Source: an uncultured Verrucomicrobiae bacterium (GTDB lineage: Bacteria; Verrucomicrobiota; Verrucomicrobiia; Limisphaerales; Palsa-1400). From it: 64,000 nt of DNA. Where the stretch lies: positions 2,176,001 through 2,240,000 of the forward strand of contig OY969763.1 in assembly GCA_963702845.1 (NCBI GenBank), written 5' to 3'. Positions 9,943 through 19,640 of the stretch are shown in pieces (position 1 is the stretch's first letter; every line of letters starts with the position of its first letter). The notes beneath the pieces were generated by a model. The model saw nothing but the letters and a program-made list of their open reading frames with translations, did no database searches and was not told where the DNA came from. The translations under genes were made by a program, and so were the position numbers.

Positions 9943-11598
9943 CTATGAGGTTTGTCAATACGTAGTGTGCGTCGATGATAGTTTTTTTGGGGTTGATCGC
10001 GCGGAGCGCAGTGGAACGAAGCGCAGTCGCGCGCGGCAGGCGGTTGGACATTGGTTCAATCCGCACCTGTTGTTCTTCTCGAGTCTCCGCTTATCTGTTC
10101 CTCTTCAAAGTTCCTTTCTTATTTCTCTCAAAGCAGGTTGCGTGAAGTTTGCTGCATCGGTGTCGCCGCGTTTTGTGTGTCGGGAGTTTGTCCCGCACCA
10201 GCTCCTATCCGGACAGTTGAGATAAGACTCAACGCCCACTGTGTCTTACTTGCCTGACTGCGGCGACCGGGGAGTCCGCCCCTTCTAACGGACGGATGAA
10301 CGCAAGGTTCACCAGCTGAAGCTACGGACTGGACTCGCCCGATCGCAAATTGTTTCACGCTCTTAACTCTGGAGGTTCTACTCACGAAAAAATTAAATGT
10401 GGTTCACACGCCGACCCAGCCGAGGTCTGCCATGGTGCAACGGCCGGTTCGCCAGCGCCAGAGGTCCACGGCCAGTTGCCGGGCAAGGGCAATGACAGTT
10501 TTCTTCTTCATGGCCGTGCCGGCGGCAAGTTTGGTTTTCATTTTAAGTGCGGCCTTCCACCCCGGTTGCCACATCAGAAAACGCCAGACCGCTTCCACCA
10601 GGATCGCTCTGACTCGTCCGTTGCCCATGCGATCGATGCTGCCGACGCGCCGTTTGCCTCCTGAACTGTGTTCGCCCGGGCAACATCCGGTGTAGCTGCC
10701 AATCTGTTTGCGATTGTGGAAGCGCTGCCAGTCGCACACTTCGCCTTCCAGTGTCACAAGAGTGATCTCGCCAAGGCCCTTGGGCCGTGGTTGTTCTTTG
10801 ACCCGCGCAATCAGTTCCTCTTCCAGTTCCTGCCGTTGTGTCTCCATGGCGACGAGGACCTCGCGGAGCTTTTCGAGAACACTGAGCAGCCACGGATCGA
10901 GGGTGGAAAGTTTTTTCCAGTTGCGCGCTCCCCACCAGCGATGGGGCAGTTTGACGTGGCTGTATTCGGCGGCTTGGCCGTGACCGCGATTGGCGAGCAT
11001 GCGAATGGCTTTGTTGAGGAACTGTCTTCGTCGCGTGCCTTCGCGCTGGCGCTGCTCTTTGTCCGAAGGAATGCGGATGGGTGCAAGTTCGTTGATGTTG
11101 CCATCAACCCAGCGAGAGAGGCGCAGGCAAAGAGCGCGCGCGTCCAGCTTGTCGGTCTTGCGCTGGCCGTTGAGGGCAATCGGCGTGATCAAAAAACTTT
11201 GCGCACCGGCGGCGACCAGTTCGCGATGGAGCACGAAGCCGAACCCACAGCTTTCCTGCACGCAGAAAACTTGCAGGCCTTCGCTGGTCCACTTCTGAAC
11301 CTGGGCGATGAGTTGCTCACGGCTGAATTTGCGTGGCGCTTGGGGTGAAGCGTGATCACGTTGGGCTACCGCCATGATGAACTCCAGATGCACGTCCAGG
11401 CCAAGCTTGAGAGCCGGTTTGCCGGCAAGCAGCACAGGACGTGGCAAAGGCTGGCGCGGCGGCACGTTTGCCAGCTTGCCCGCGGCAGGCACGCTGGTTA
11501 GGGTTGGGACTGTCATGTGGGGTTTGAGTAAATATGTTTTCATTTTCAAAAACATCGTGACCCCGTGTGGGGCTGCGACTCAACCCTTCATGACATCT
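9943..11598 (-). mobile_element. IS110-family insertion sequence
   Basis: Transposase plus ~460-bp downstream non-coding region; both ends share a CT dinucleotide (9943-44, 11597-98); TTGACA near the right end. Confidence 0.8.
10404..11555 (-). CDS. IS110-family transposase/recombinase
   Basis: DEDD RuvC-like domain: GLDVH, QESCGFG, KTDKLDARAL; Tnp20 domain YTGCCPGEHSSG, GNGRVRAILVEA. Confidence 0.93.
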   Translation of the reverse strand: MFLKMKTYLLKPHMTVPTLTSVPAAGKLANVPPRQPLPRPVLLAGKPALKLGLDVHLEFIMAVAQRDHASPQAPRKFSREQLIAQVQKWTSEGLQVFCVQESCGFGFVLHRELVAAGAQSFLITPIALNGQRKTDKLDARALCLRLSRWVDGNINELAPIRIPSDKEQRQREGTRRRQFLNKAIRMLANRGHGQAAEYSHVKLPHRWWGARNWKKLSTLDPWLLSVLEKLREVLVAMETQRQELEEELIARVKEQPRPKGLGEITLVTLEGEVCDWQRFHNRKQIGSYTGCCPGEHSSGGKRRVGSIDRMGNGRVRAILVEAVWRFLMWQPGWKAALKMKTKLAAGTAMKKKTVIALARQLAVDLWRWRTGRCTMADLGWVGV

Positions 11599-11609
11599 GA
11601 CGGCCGCCG

Positions 11610-11768
11610 CTAAGAACCCCATTTCCAATCGCGGATCTCCGGCATGTCGTCGCCGTGCTCGCGGATGTAATGTTTGTGTTCCATGAGTTTGTTTTGGATG
11701 GCCTGTTTGGCGTAGGCGGCCCGCGCGCCCAGTTGCGGCAGGCGGTCGATCACGTCGGCGAAGAGATG
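11610..11768 (-). pseudogene. Displaced copy of the last 159 bp of xfp
   Basis: Matches 22661-22819; 11635-11768 identical; 6 mismatches confined to the last ~25 bp. Confidence 0.95.
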
Positions 11769-11773
11769 CGTTC

Positions 11774-11860
11774 TGTTGCGCTTGATTCGCAGCGGCAGCA
11801 GAACAATAGTCTGCTCAACCAATATGAACCAACCGTTCGTATATCAAAATGACCGCGACA
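11774..11860 (+). repeat. Platform repeat copy 2 (3'-truncated, fused in-frame to downstream gene)
   Basis: Same sequence as other copies up to GACCGCGACA, then diverges. Confidence 0.92.
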
Positions 11861-13305
11861 GCTATTGGAGGCGGTCGGCGGCAGGTCTGGGACTGATGGG
11901 ATGGTTGCTAGCGGCTATCACCGGAAGCGGGCTTTCCCGAGCCGAGGTCGGAGGAAGCGAAGCGAAAAATCCCGTTCTAAAACCAACGTTGCACGGGGTG
12001 GTTCTGACCACCAATAGCGTTCCGATTACCAACGCCACCGTGACGATTAAGAGAATGCTGGCCGGACGCGGAGCCGTGTATGTTTCCGATGCGCCAGAAT
12101 GCAACCGGCAGGCAATGACGAAGGCCGATGGGAGTTTTGCCTTTGAGGGTTTGGCAGAGAACGCGAAGGTTGTGGCCGTGGTCACCGCGCCCGGCTACGA
12201 ACTGGAAACGGTATACACCGCGCGTGACAACCTGCCAGCAGGGTTTTGGTCGCATCCGGCTGCTGCCCAGGCTTTGGAAATTAAGATGCTCCCGGCACCA
12301 GCCGGAGACAATCCACAGCAAACGGTTCACGGACGCGTCGTGAACGCTGATGGCAAACCGGTGGCGGGAGCGACGATCCTGGTTCATATGCTCCATACGG
12401 AGCGTGATTGGCACTCAGGAGGCGGGACGGCGTTCACCGACCAGCAGGGTAAATTTGCTTTTCGACCCAGAGAAAATATTATCGCCTGTGATTTTACCAT
12501 CGAGGCGGATGGTTGCGTGTCACGGAGTTTTTCTGAAGTCCATCCGGGTCTCGGCACGAACATATACCAATTAAGCCAAGGTACCCGCCTCACTGGCCGC
12601 TTACTGAAAGACGGCCAGCCCGTGCCGGATGCCGGGATCGGAATTTACGATGTTAAAGGAGTAGGTTTGCTCAATAATTTTTCAACAGTCACGGATGGGA
12701 ACGGGAGGTTTACTTTTTCAGGCCTTCAGGCACACGAGGAATTCTATTTATTTGGCATCATGCGGTCACTGCGGGAACTTGGCGCGTTGCCCCGGCAGCA
12801 CATCAAAACCGGGGACGACGGCACGCGCATCGAACTGGGAGATTTGAACCTCGTAAAAGGCTATACAATCTCCGGCAGGGTGCAGATGCCGGATGGCAAC
12901 TCAACCCGTGTTGCGGCGTTCACGCTGGCCCGAACGGAACTCACTCCGCCGACCGATCATGCGCCGACCAAGCAGGAAGAGAGCAACCGATCCTTTTACG
13001 GACTGGAGCATTCATTTGACAACTGGCGGGCCGACCCCGGAGCAGACGGAAAGTTTGAATTCACCGGCGTGCCTGGCGAAACCGTTTCCATTTTTTTGAT
13101 GTTGAAACCGTTCGACATGGTATCGCCACGAAATATTAGCAGCGACGGGAAAGGATTCCGGTTGTTGGGAATGGTGGTGAGCAACAAGATCGATTTGGTC
13201 ATCGAGCTTGAGCCGCACAGTGGACAAGTTTTTCCTCCAGCCCGGGACTATTTGGTGTTAAGCCGACAGCCGTTGGAGGGAGCGGAGGCGGCTGTTGCAA
13301 AATGA
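11824..13305 (+). CDS. Secreted carboxypeptidase-regulatory-like (beta-sandwich) repeat protein
   Basis: Repeated V/I-x-G-R-V-x-x-x-DGKPV-x-GA and T-D-x-x-G-x-F-x-F motifs; hydrophobic N-terminal segment. Confidence 0.75.
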   Translation: MNQPFVYQNDRDSYWRRSAAGLGLMGWLLAAITGSGLSRAEVGGSEAKNPVLKPTLHGVVLTTNSVPITNATVTIKRMLAGRGAVYVSDAPECNRQAMTKADGSFAFEGLAENAKVVAVVTAPGYELETVYTARDNLPAGFWSHPAAAQALEIKMLPAPAGDNPQQTVHGRVVNADGKPVAGATILVHMLHTERDWHSGGGTAFTDQQGKFAFRPRENIIACDFTIEADGCVSRSFSEVHPGLGTNIYQLSQGTRLTGRLLKDGQPVPDAGIGIYDVKGVGLLNNFSTVTDGNGRFTFSGLQAHEEFYLFGIMRSLRELGALPRQHIKTGDDGTRIELGDLNLVKGYTISGRVQMPDGNSTRVAAFTLARTELTPPTDHAPTKQEESNRSFYGLEHSFDNWRADPGADGKFEFTGVPGETVSIFLMLKPFDMVSPRNISSDGKGFRLLGMVVSNKIDLVIELEPHSGQVFPPARDYLVLSRQPLEGAEAAVAK

Positions 13306-13446
13306 GGATTCAAGCGCGACCACAGTCGCGCATTCGCCTGATCCTGCACGAATGAAATCTGGAGTAGAAGAGTAAGTGGCGTAGATCGCGCTGTGGGGTT
13401 GCAATTTTGAAATCAGATTGATGAAGAGCGCCTCGTTGGTCTGCCG

Positions 13447-13517
13447 CTACGCGCTCCATTTCCAATCGCGGATCTCCGGCACGTCGTAGCCGTGCTCGCG
13501 GATGTAATGTTTGTGTT
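13447..13517 (-). pseudogene. Displaced copy of the last 71 bp of xfp
   Basis: Matches 22661-22731 with 4 mismatches; joins platform 3 at a shared TGTT. Confidence 0.93.
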
Positions 13518-13625
13518 GCGCTTGATTCGCAGCGGCAGCAGAACAATAGTCTGCTCAACCAATATGAACCAACCGTTCGTATATCAAAATGACCGCGACA
13601 CCTCGTCGCATAATCATAGTTAGGC
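13514..13625 (+). repeat. Platform repeat copy 3 (attI-like; leader ORF 13564-13623)
   Basis: Ends CGCATAATCATAGTTAGGC. Confidence 0.92.
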
Positions 13626-13643
13626 CACTCCACACGCTTTGCT

Positions 13644-14021
13644 ATGCTCGACCTCGCCATTGCATCCAAAGAGAGACACGACCGCTTCGTTCAGCGCGTT
13701 GTCGCTTCACGGGAGGTTTGGGGCCTGAAGAACGCAGACGGATGGGCTTGCACAGCCTCGTCGTCGGACGGCACAGAGGACAGGAGCGTTGTGCCTTTCT
13801 GGTCGGACCGCGCCTACGCCAAGCAGTGCGCGAAGGATGATTGGTCAGATTACGAGCCGACACCGATTCCTTTGGAGTTGTTTGTAGGTCAGTGGTTGCC
13901 CGGCATGGCTGCAGATAGTTGTCTTGTCGGCACGAATTGGAACGTGCAGCTTTGTGGTCATGAGATTGAGCCGTCGGAGTTGCGGCAGGAGATTGAGAGG
14001 CACGATGGACACGCGGCCTAA
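13644..14021 (+). CDS. Gene cassette: DUF2750-like protein
   Basis: RFVQRVVASREVWGL, VPFWS, WLPGM, LVGTNW; bounded by GTTAGGC and GCCTAAC. Confidence 0.75.
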   Translation: MLDLAIASKERHDRFVQRVVASREVWGLKNADGWACTASSSDGTEDRSVVPFWSDRAYAKQCAKDDWSDYEPTPIPLELFVGQWLPGMAADSCLVGTNWNVQLCGHEIEPSELRQEIERHDGHAA

Positions 14022-14108
14022 CTATGCGCTGCAGCGAACCCGGCCATCGCGCTCTGGTTGCAATCCACGTGCCTCGTGGGCCGGGTCGCTGAGCTTGGGT
14101 CGTTCGGC
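14016..14108 (+). other. attC site (complete, 93 bp)
   Basis: GCCTAAC-TATGCGCTGCAGCGAACCCGGCC...GGCCGGGTCGCTGAGCTTGGGTC-GTTCGGC; imperfect palindrome with extrahelical bases. Confidence 0.9.
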
Positions 14109-14112
14109 CAAC

Positions 14113-15276
14113 ATGCGTATGCACACCAAATCCATCGTCCGCACTCTTCTCCTCACCGGAGTTCTTATCGTTCAGCCGCAGTTGTTCGCGCAGGAGAAAT
14201 CCCGCCACATTCTTCCAGACGATCCAGCCAAGGCTTGGGCCGAGGTCGAAAAAGTTCACCAAGCATTGAGACCACCGGATGATTGGCGGTCGCACGAACC
14301 GGCGGCGGAACGGGTAGCTGAGTTTCAAAAGCAGGTTCGTCAAACAGCGGTGTCTTTCGCCGACAAAGCTCAGGAGTTTATTGAGCGTTTTCCTACCAAC
14401 GAGAACGTCGGTGACGCTCGCATTACGGTTGTTCACGCGTTGAGCCATGCCGTAGCGGCGGGGGATGCAGAAGCGGAGAGGCGGATTGCGACGTTTGTCT
14501 CCACAGTTCTGGCCGACAGAAGCATCCCGGAAGATGGCCGCGCTGGAGTTTTGCTTTATTCAGGGAACGCAGCGTTTATGAAGAAAGTCGGGATGCGGTT
14601 GTTCACTGAAGGGTTGGGCAAGCTGAACGACGAATTTGAGAACGAGAGCATCGAGAGCATGCGCGCCGCGCTGAAGCAGTTTCCGTCCAATTCCATGATT
14701 TTCACCATGCTCGTCGCCGTCGCCCAGCGTTCGACAGGCGAGCGACAGAAGGAGTTGGCCACGGAGATTATCGGCGCGCCCGGCGCACCGACGGGCGCGA
14801 AGACCTTAGCGAATCATCTCCTGAAAGGGACGAAGCCGTATCAGGTGGGACAGCCCCTGGATATTCGTTTCACCGCGCTGGATGGGCGCGAGGTGGATCT
14901 GGCGAAGCTGAAGGGCAAGGTCGTGCTGGTGGAGTTTTGGTCCACGACCTGCGGACCGTGCATCGCTGAGATGCCAAACGTGAAAGCGGCTTACCAGAAA
15001 TTGCACGACCAGGGATTGGAGGTCGTGGCGATTTCGCTCGATGAGAAGGAAAGTGCCTTGCGGCGCTTCATCAAAGAGAAGGTGCTACCGTGGCCGCAGC
15101 ATTTCGACGGCAAGGGTTGGGAGAACCAATTTGCCGTGCGATACGGAATTTTTAGCATCCCGACGATGTGGCTGGTGGACAAGCGTGGCAATTTGCGGCA
15201 GACCAACGTTCGCGGCGCCCTTGAGCAGCGCATCACATCACTGCTTGATGAGCGGACATCTCCCACGCCAAAATGA
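14113..15276 (+). CDS. Gene cassette: TlpA-family thiol-disulfide oxidoreductase
   Basis: Signal peptide; LKGKVVLVEFWSTTCGPC (CxxC), SIPTMWLVDKRG; bounded by GTTCGGC (14102) and GCCGAAC (15302). Confidence 0.85.
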   Translation: MRMHTKSIVRTLLLTGVLIVQPQLFAQEKSRHILPDDPAKAWAEVEKVHQALRPPDDWRSHEPAAERVAEFQKQVRQTAVSFADKAQEFIERFPTNENVGDARITVVHALSHAVAAGDAEAERRIATFVSTVLADRSIPEDGRAGVLLYSGNAAFMKKVGMRLFTEGLGKLNDEFENESIESMRAALKQFPSNSMIFTMLVAVAQRSTGERQKELATEIIGAPGAPTGAKTLANHLLKGTKPYQVGQPLDIRFTALDGREVDLAKLKGKVVLVEFWSTTCGPCIAEMPNVKAAYQKLHDQGLEVVAISLDEKESALRRFIKEKVLPWPQHFDGKGWENQFAVRYGIFSIPTMWLVDKRGNLRQTNVRGALEQRITSLLDERTSPTPK

Positions 15277-15301
15277 ACATGGACGACTTCAGGAATAACT
15301 G

Positions 15302-15323
15302 GCCGAACAAACCGGATGCACTG
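15302..15323 (+). other. attC remnant (left arm only)
   Basis: GCCGAAC-AAACCGGATGCACTG; no matching right arm found. Confidence 0.6.
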
Positions 15324-15364
15324 CTTTAGCGCTTTCTTTATTATTTCAGTCTTTGCGGCGTAGG

Positions 15365-15398
15365 CTGTTTGGCGTAGGCGGCACGCGCGACCAGTTGC
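15365..15398 (-). pseudogene. 34-bp internal remnant of the xfp 3' region
   Basis: 32/34 identical to 22754-22787. Confidence 0.8.
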
Positions 15399-15445
15399 CG
15401 CGCGGCAAGACCGCGACCAGTCAATGGCAAGTTGAGCTGACGTGT

Positions 15446-18400
15446 TTACTGTGACGCGCGGTAATACCCTTGCGGCGAATTTAAAATGTTGTCGTCGACA
15501 ATTTGCCAGGAACCGTTTGTGTTCAGGAATGTCGTGAGCGTCGTCCAATTCAGCAAATCTGTGCTGCGTTGGATTGAGTTCGTTGAGCCGGGATTTCCAC
15601 TTCCATTGATTTGGACGCGTCCATCGACGAATTGGACAATTTTCTCGAAGAAAACCGGCGCGACGGTGGGGATGATTTTCATGGCTAGAATTCCGTTGTT
15701 GGAATCCAACGCATAAACACGATCGTTGCCAAAATCGACGGCGCCGACACCGAAGGCGTTGGTATTTGCGGTGGCAAAATTTGTTTGTGCGATGAGAACG
15801 GGCGCGCCGTTGGTTAGAGTCAAATCGTAGAGTTGAAGATTTTCGGGCCTGTTCAGGCTAATGCCGGCGAGTAGATTCATTTCCGCGCCGACGCCGATCG
15901 GTGAAATCGCCAACGGGAAACCGGCATAGTTCGCCAGAGTTGTGCCGGTGCTGCCAGAATAGGAAACATTCAATAAAGACAGCCCGTTGGCCTTGCCCCA
16001 AAATGTGTTGTCCGCGCCGAAGGTGAGCCCCAATCCAAAGTTGCCTGAGGAAGAATTCGCAACGTTAATCGCGCGTGAACTGAAGGTCACACCGTCGGAT
16101 GTGGTCAGTAACGCTACGCTGAGACCGCTGCGTGATCCGATCAGGACCTGGGTGTTCGTGCCGGAACCGCGCACAACAAAAGTATCGCCCCAGCGTTCGT
16201 TATCGCCGGGAGCCGGATCGCCGGAAAACATCAGGACCGGCGGCGCGCTCGCATCGTCACTTCCCCAACGATAAAGACGAAACGGCGTGGTAGCTCCGAC
16301 GGTGGTTAGATTTCCGGCATAGATAGCACCGTCGTCCCCTGCACCGATCATGAGTAGATTATAGGTTCCGCCCGTAACCACCGATCCATCGACATTCATC
16401 GTCCAGAGGTCAGCGCCCGAATCGCCATCGAGCACGTTGATTTGCGTTGAGGGGTTGCGGCTGACCACGATGACATGATTTCGCGAAGCGTTGTATGCCA
16501 TGCCGCGATCAGTTTGTCCGGTGCTTGCCAGATACGGCCTCGATCCGCCACCAAGGCTCCAAAGCTTGGTCCAACCTGCGGCATGAAATGTCGGGTTAAC
16601 GACAATCGTCGCAGTAGCGCTGATGACGCCACCGACGTCGTTGCTGATGGTTACGAAATAGTTCCCTGCTTGGGCGGTTGAGATGTTCGGCAAGACTAAA
16701 CTGGACGCTGTTGCTCCAGGCAACGGACTGCCGTTGAAATTCCATTGGAAGAGCAGCGTAGGACTTCCAATGGCACCGACGGAGAGCGTGACCGTTTTAC
16801 CTTTGATTACATTCTGGCTCGACGGCTGCGCTGTGATGAATGGTTTTATCACGGTGACCGTCAAGGTGGCGTCGGAACTTGTTGCCGAGCCGTAAGCATT
16901 TGTCACAACGACGGAGTAACTGCCGGCGTCGTTTGTCGTTAGATTATTGCGGGAATAGCTGGAGCCAGTTGCACCGGAAATATCGGCGCTATTGAATCGC
17001 CATTGATAACTCAAGGGCGGACCGCCCGTCGCAATGACACTGAAGGTCGCAGTCGCGGCAAAATTCTGGGTCTGGCTTTGCGGCTGTTGCGTGATGCTTG
17101 GGACGGGAATGATCACTGTGAGAACAGCGTTCGAACTTGTCGCTGTGCCAACGGTGTTGCTGGCGATGAGCGTATAAGCACCCGCATCACCGGGTTGTAT
17201 ATTCGCATTGCTATAACTCGTATCTGTTGCGGCGGCGATGTTCGTCCCGTTGAGCTGCCATTGATACGTGGGTGTTGGGGTTCCAGACGCCGCTGCAGAG
17301 AAGGTCGCGCCGTTACCTGCAGTAACAGTCTGGCTTTGCGGCTGGGCCGTAAATGACGGCGCAGTCGGAATAGAAGAGAGAGTGGTTGCGCTGGCTTGCG
17401 TCGAGATGGCGGAGGTTCCCAGGTAGTTTGTGGCACGCACCGTATAATAATAGGTCGTGTTGGCAGCGAGGCTGATATCGCTGAAGGCGGTAGCGTTGAC
17501 TGGCAGGGTCGCGATATCGGTGAAAGGTCCGCCCGATATAAAACTGCGCGCAACAACGTATCCTGCTTCGTTGGTTGCGTTGTTGGCCCACGTAAGGTCG
17601 ATCTGCGAACTGCTCACTGGAAGCGCAATCAAGCTGGCCGGTTTCGCCGGCACGGACGTCGGATAAACGAACATCAATTTAATTCCGTCGGCCATCGGCA
17701 CGTTTCCGTCCAACGTCGCGTCCGTCATGCGAATCGTCGTTGTCCCACTGCCAAATGGAAATCTCCCGACATAACTCCAAATGCCGGCGTTGGTCGTTTG
17801 GTCCGCATAAACGGTCTGCGCACCAGTCGCGCAATTCACAATAACCGGAACGCTCGCTGACGCATCCGCCCGGAATGGATGCCATTGAAAAACGTTGTAA
17901 TCACCGGCAACGAGGACCTTTGGCGAAAACTCCGCGTATGCCGTTCCAGAGCCTGTTGCCTTTTTGCGATAGCTGATGCCAAACGCGTTCGTGTCCGTCC
18001 CTGTTTCACCCAAAAATGTCACGGTGGCGCCTGTGTTGCAGAAGACAGTTGTAATCGGCGTCCACGAACCGACGAAGTTCGCGCTCGCTTCATCGATGCA
18101 AATATTGTTCACGACATTGGAAAAAATCCCCACGGTGGACTCCTTAACTTTTGTCCACTGCGTTGGATTGTAGAGTTCGACACGAAACCAATTCGCTGAA
18201 TTGAACGGCGCGGGGCCCGGGCGATTCACGTCGGCCATCATGTAATCAACGAACTCCGTGATGTCATTCGGCGGAGTTAACGTGGTGCCGCTGGTGCCGT
18301 TGTAGATCTCGCGCATGTACCACACCGGCTTGATCGAATTCGTCCAATAGATCGTCTGCCCATTGATGACGCTGGAAGTGCCGACGAGGCCGGCGTAAAA

Positions 18401-19171
18401 CGCGTTGTAATTCGTGTCCGTCCAATTAATCGCCGCGCTGGCGCTGCCCTTCGTTGCCGCGTGATGGTAAACCTGCGGGATGACGACGTCCGACCAGTAG
18501 CCAAATTCCCTGTATGGAAAAGACGAATGCAGACCCAGCGTGTCGAACGGATTATGCGCGATAAACTTCGTCGGGAACGCGGCGCGCAATTGCGAGCACA
18601 TATACCAGGCTTGGACGGGACCGTTCGTGATTCCTGGATGCCCGGCTTCCCATTCCGCTTCCGCATCCCAGATAAATCCATCGCCGCCGACACTGAAGAC
18701 ATATCTCGCGACGTTGTTTTCTCCATCGAGGTCAGAACCGTACGAGCGATTAGACCCAAAAATCAGCAGGCCAGCGTTGTGCGCCTTTTGCACCAGGCTC
18801 GGGCTGAACTGCGCGGCAGCGGTGTTGTTGGTCGAAACGTTGCCCGAACCGGTCCAAAGCATGTTGCTCGTGCCGGCTTTGACGATGACGTGCGACATCC
18901 CTTGCGATTTGATGTAGGCGAACATGCTGTCGACGTTGGTCACGCCCGGGACATTTCCGCCGAGTTGATTGGTGGCGCTCGAAAGGATATACAGCCACGC
19001 GCCGGTTCCGACATTGGCCGGATCAAACTGACCGTACCAACAATCGCGCAACACGGCCGACGCTGGCCCGCACGACAAATGCAGGATGAGCAGGCAAAGA
19101 AGTTTTAAGGAGAGGCGGCGCAAAGCGGTTGGGACGCTTTTGAGCCGGCAGCGGCATTTTAACGATGACAT
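15446..19171 (-). CDS. Large secreted multidomain protein (putative glycoside-hydrolase-like barrel, golvesin-like, FN3, 3 Ig domains, DUF4623-like propeller, C-terminal sorting domain)
   Basis: Signal peptide; GFIWDAEAEWE; FN3 IDLTW...YYYTVRATN; three ITxQPxSQ...YQW...GxYxV Ig repeats; IQRSTDLLNW...YYRA C-terminus. Confidence 0.75.
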   Translation of the reverse strand: MSSLKCRCRLKSVPTALRRLSLKLLCLLILHLSCGPASAVLRDCWYGQFDPANVGTGAWLYILSSATNQLGGNVPGVTNVDSMFAYIKSQGMSHVIVKAGTSNMLWTGSGNVSTNNTAAAQFSPSLVQKAHNAGLLIFGSNRSYGSDLDGENNVARYVFSVGGDGFIWDAEAEWEAGHPGITNGPVQAWYMCSQLRAAFPTKFIAHNPFDTLGLHSSFPYREFGYWSDVVIPQVYHHAATKGSASAAINWTDTNYNAFYAGLVGTSSVINGQTIYWTNSIKPVWYMREIYNGTSGTTLTPPNDITEFVDYMMADVNRPGPAPFNSANWFRVELYNPTQWTKVKESTVGIFSNVVNNICIDEASANFVGSWTPITTVFCNTGATVTFLGETGTDTNAFGISYRKKATGSGTAYAEFSPKVLVAGDYNVFQWHPFRADASASVPVIVNCATGAQTVYADQTTNAGIWSYVGRFPFGSGTTTIRMTDATLDGNVPMADGIKLMFVYPTSVPAKPASLIALPVSSSQIDLTWANNATNEAGYVVARSFISGGPFTDIATLPVNATAFSDISLAANTTYYYTVRATNYLGTSAISTQASATTLSSIPTAPSFTAQPQSQTVTAGNGATFSAAASGTPTPTYQWQLNGTNIAAATDTSYSNANIQPGDAGAYTLIASNTVGTATSSNAVLTVIIPVPSITQQPQSQTQNFAATATFSVIATGGPPLSYQWRFNSADISGATGSSYSRNNLTTNDAGSYSVVVTNAYGSATSSDATLTVTVIKPFITAQPSSQNVIKGKTVTLSVGAIGSPTLLFQWNFNGSPLPGATASSLVLPNISTAQAGNYFVTISNDVGGVISATATIVVNPTFHAAGWTKLWSLGGGSRPYLASTGQTDRGMAYNASRNHVIVVSRNPSTQINVLDGDSGADLWTMNVDGSVVTGGTYNLLMIGAGDDGAIYAGNLTTVGATTPFRLYRWGSDDASAPPVLMFSGDPAPGDNERWGDTFVVRGSGTNTQVLIGSRSGLSVALLTTSDGVTFSSRAINVANSSSGNFGLGLTFGADNTFWGKANGLSLLNVSYSGSTGTTLANYAGFPLAISPIGVGAEMNLLAGISLNRPENLQLYDLTLTNGAPVLIAQTNFATANTNAFGVGAVDFGNDRVYALDSNNGILAMKIIPTVAPVFFEKIVQFVDGRVQINGSGNPGSTNSIQRSTDLLNWTTLTTFLNTNGSWQIVDDNILNSPQGYYRASQ

Positions 19172-19290
19172 GGGTTTGCTGCCTATCGTAAATGGCCCGC
19201 TGAGTGAGTCAACTTAAAGCCTTGTTCACGTGGTAAGAATATGCGAACTGTTGGCGCAGATTAATTGTTAGGCGTGACCAGTTCCACCAC

Positions 19291-19620
19291 ATGAATCAAG
19301 TGCATGACCTAAAGGACTTGCTGAGAAACGTTGTTGCGGAGGGGGATTTCGGGCTGACGCTGCGCACAGGGGAGTCAACTGTGGTGCATACGAAAGCGGG
19401 ACCGAAGCGACTCGAAGGAACGAATCCGACGCACGAAGAGATTACGGACTTCCTCCGGCGAGTCTCGGGTTCCAGAGGCATGCGCGAGTTTCGCAACAGC
19501 GGAGTCACCCGGTTCATAGTTCCGTTTGAGGGCGGAGTTCGTTTGGTGGGAGCCGCCCGATTGGAAAAGGACGACATCCACGTTGAGATACGCAGGATGA
19601 TTGGAAATGACAAACGGTAG
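19291..19620 (+). CDS. Small protein resembling an isolated PilT N-terminal domain
   Basis: LKDLLRNVVAEG..LTLRTGE pattern, no ATPase part; preceded by GTTAGGC at 19267. Confidence 0.45.
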   Translation: MNQVHDLKDLLRNVVAEGDFGLTLRTGESTVVHTKAGPKRLEGTNPTHEEITDFLRRVSGSRGMREFRNSGVTRFIVPFEGGVRLVGAARLEKDDIHVEIRRMIGNDKR

Positions 19621-19640
19621 AACCGGAACGCGAGTCTGAA

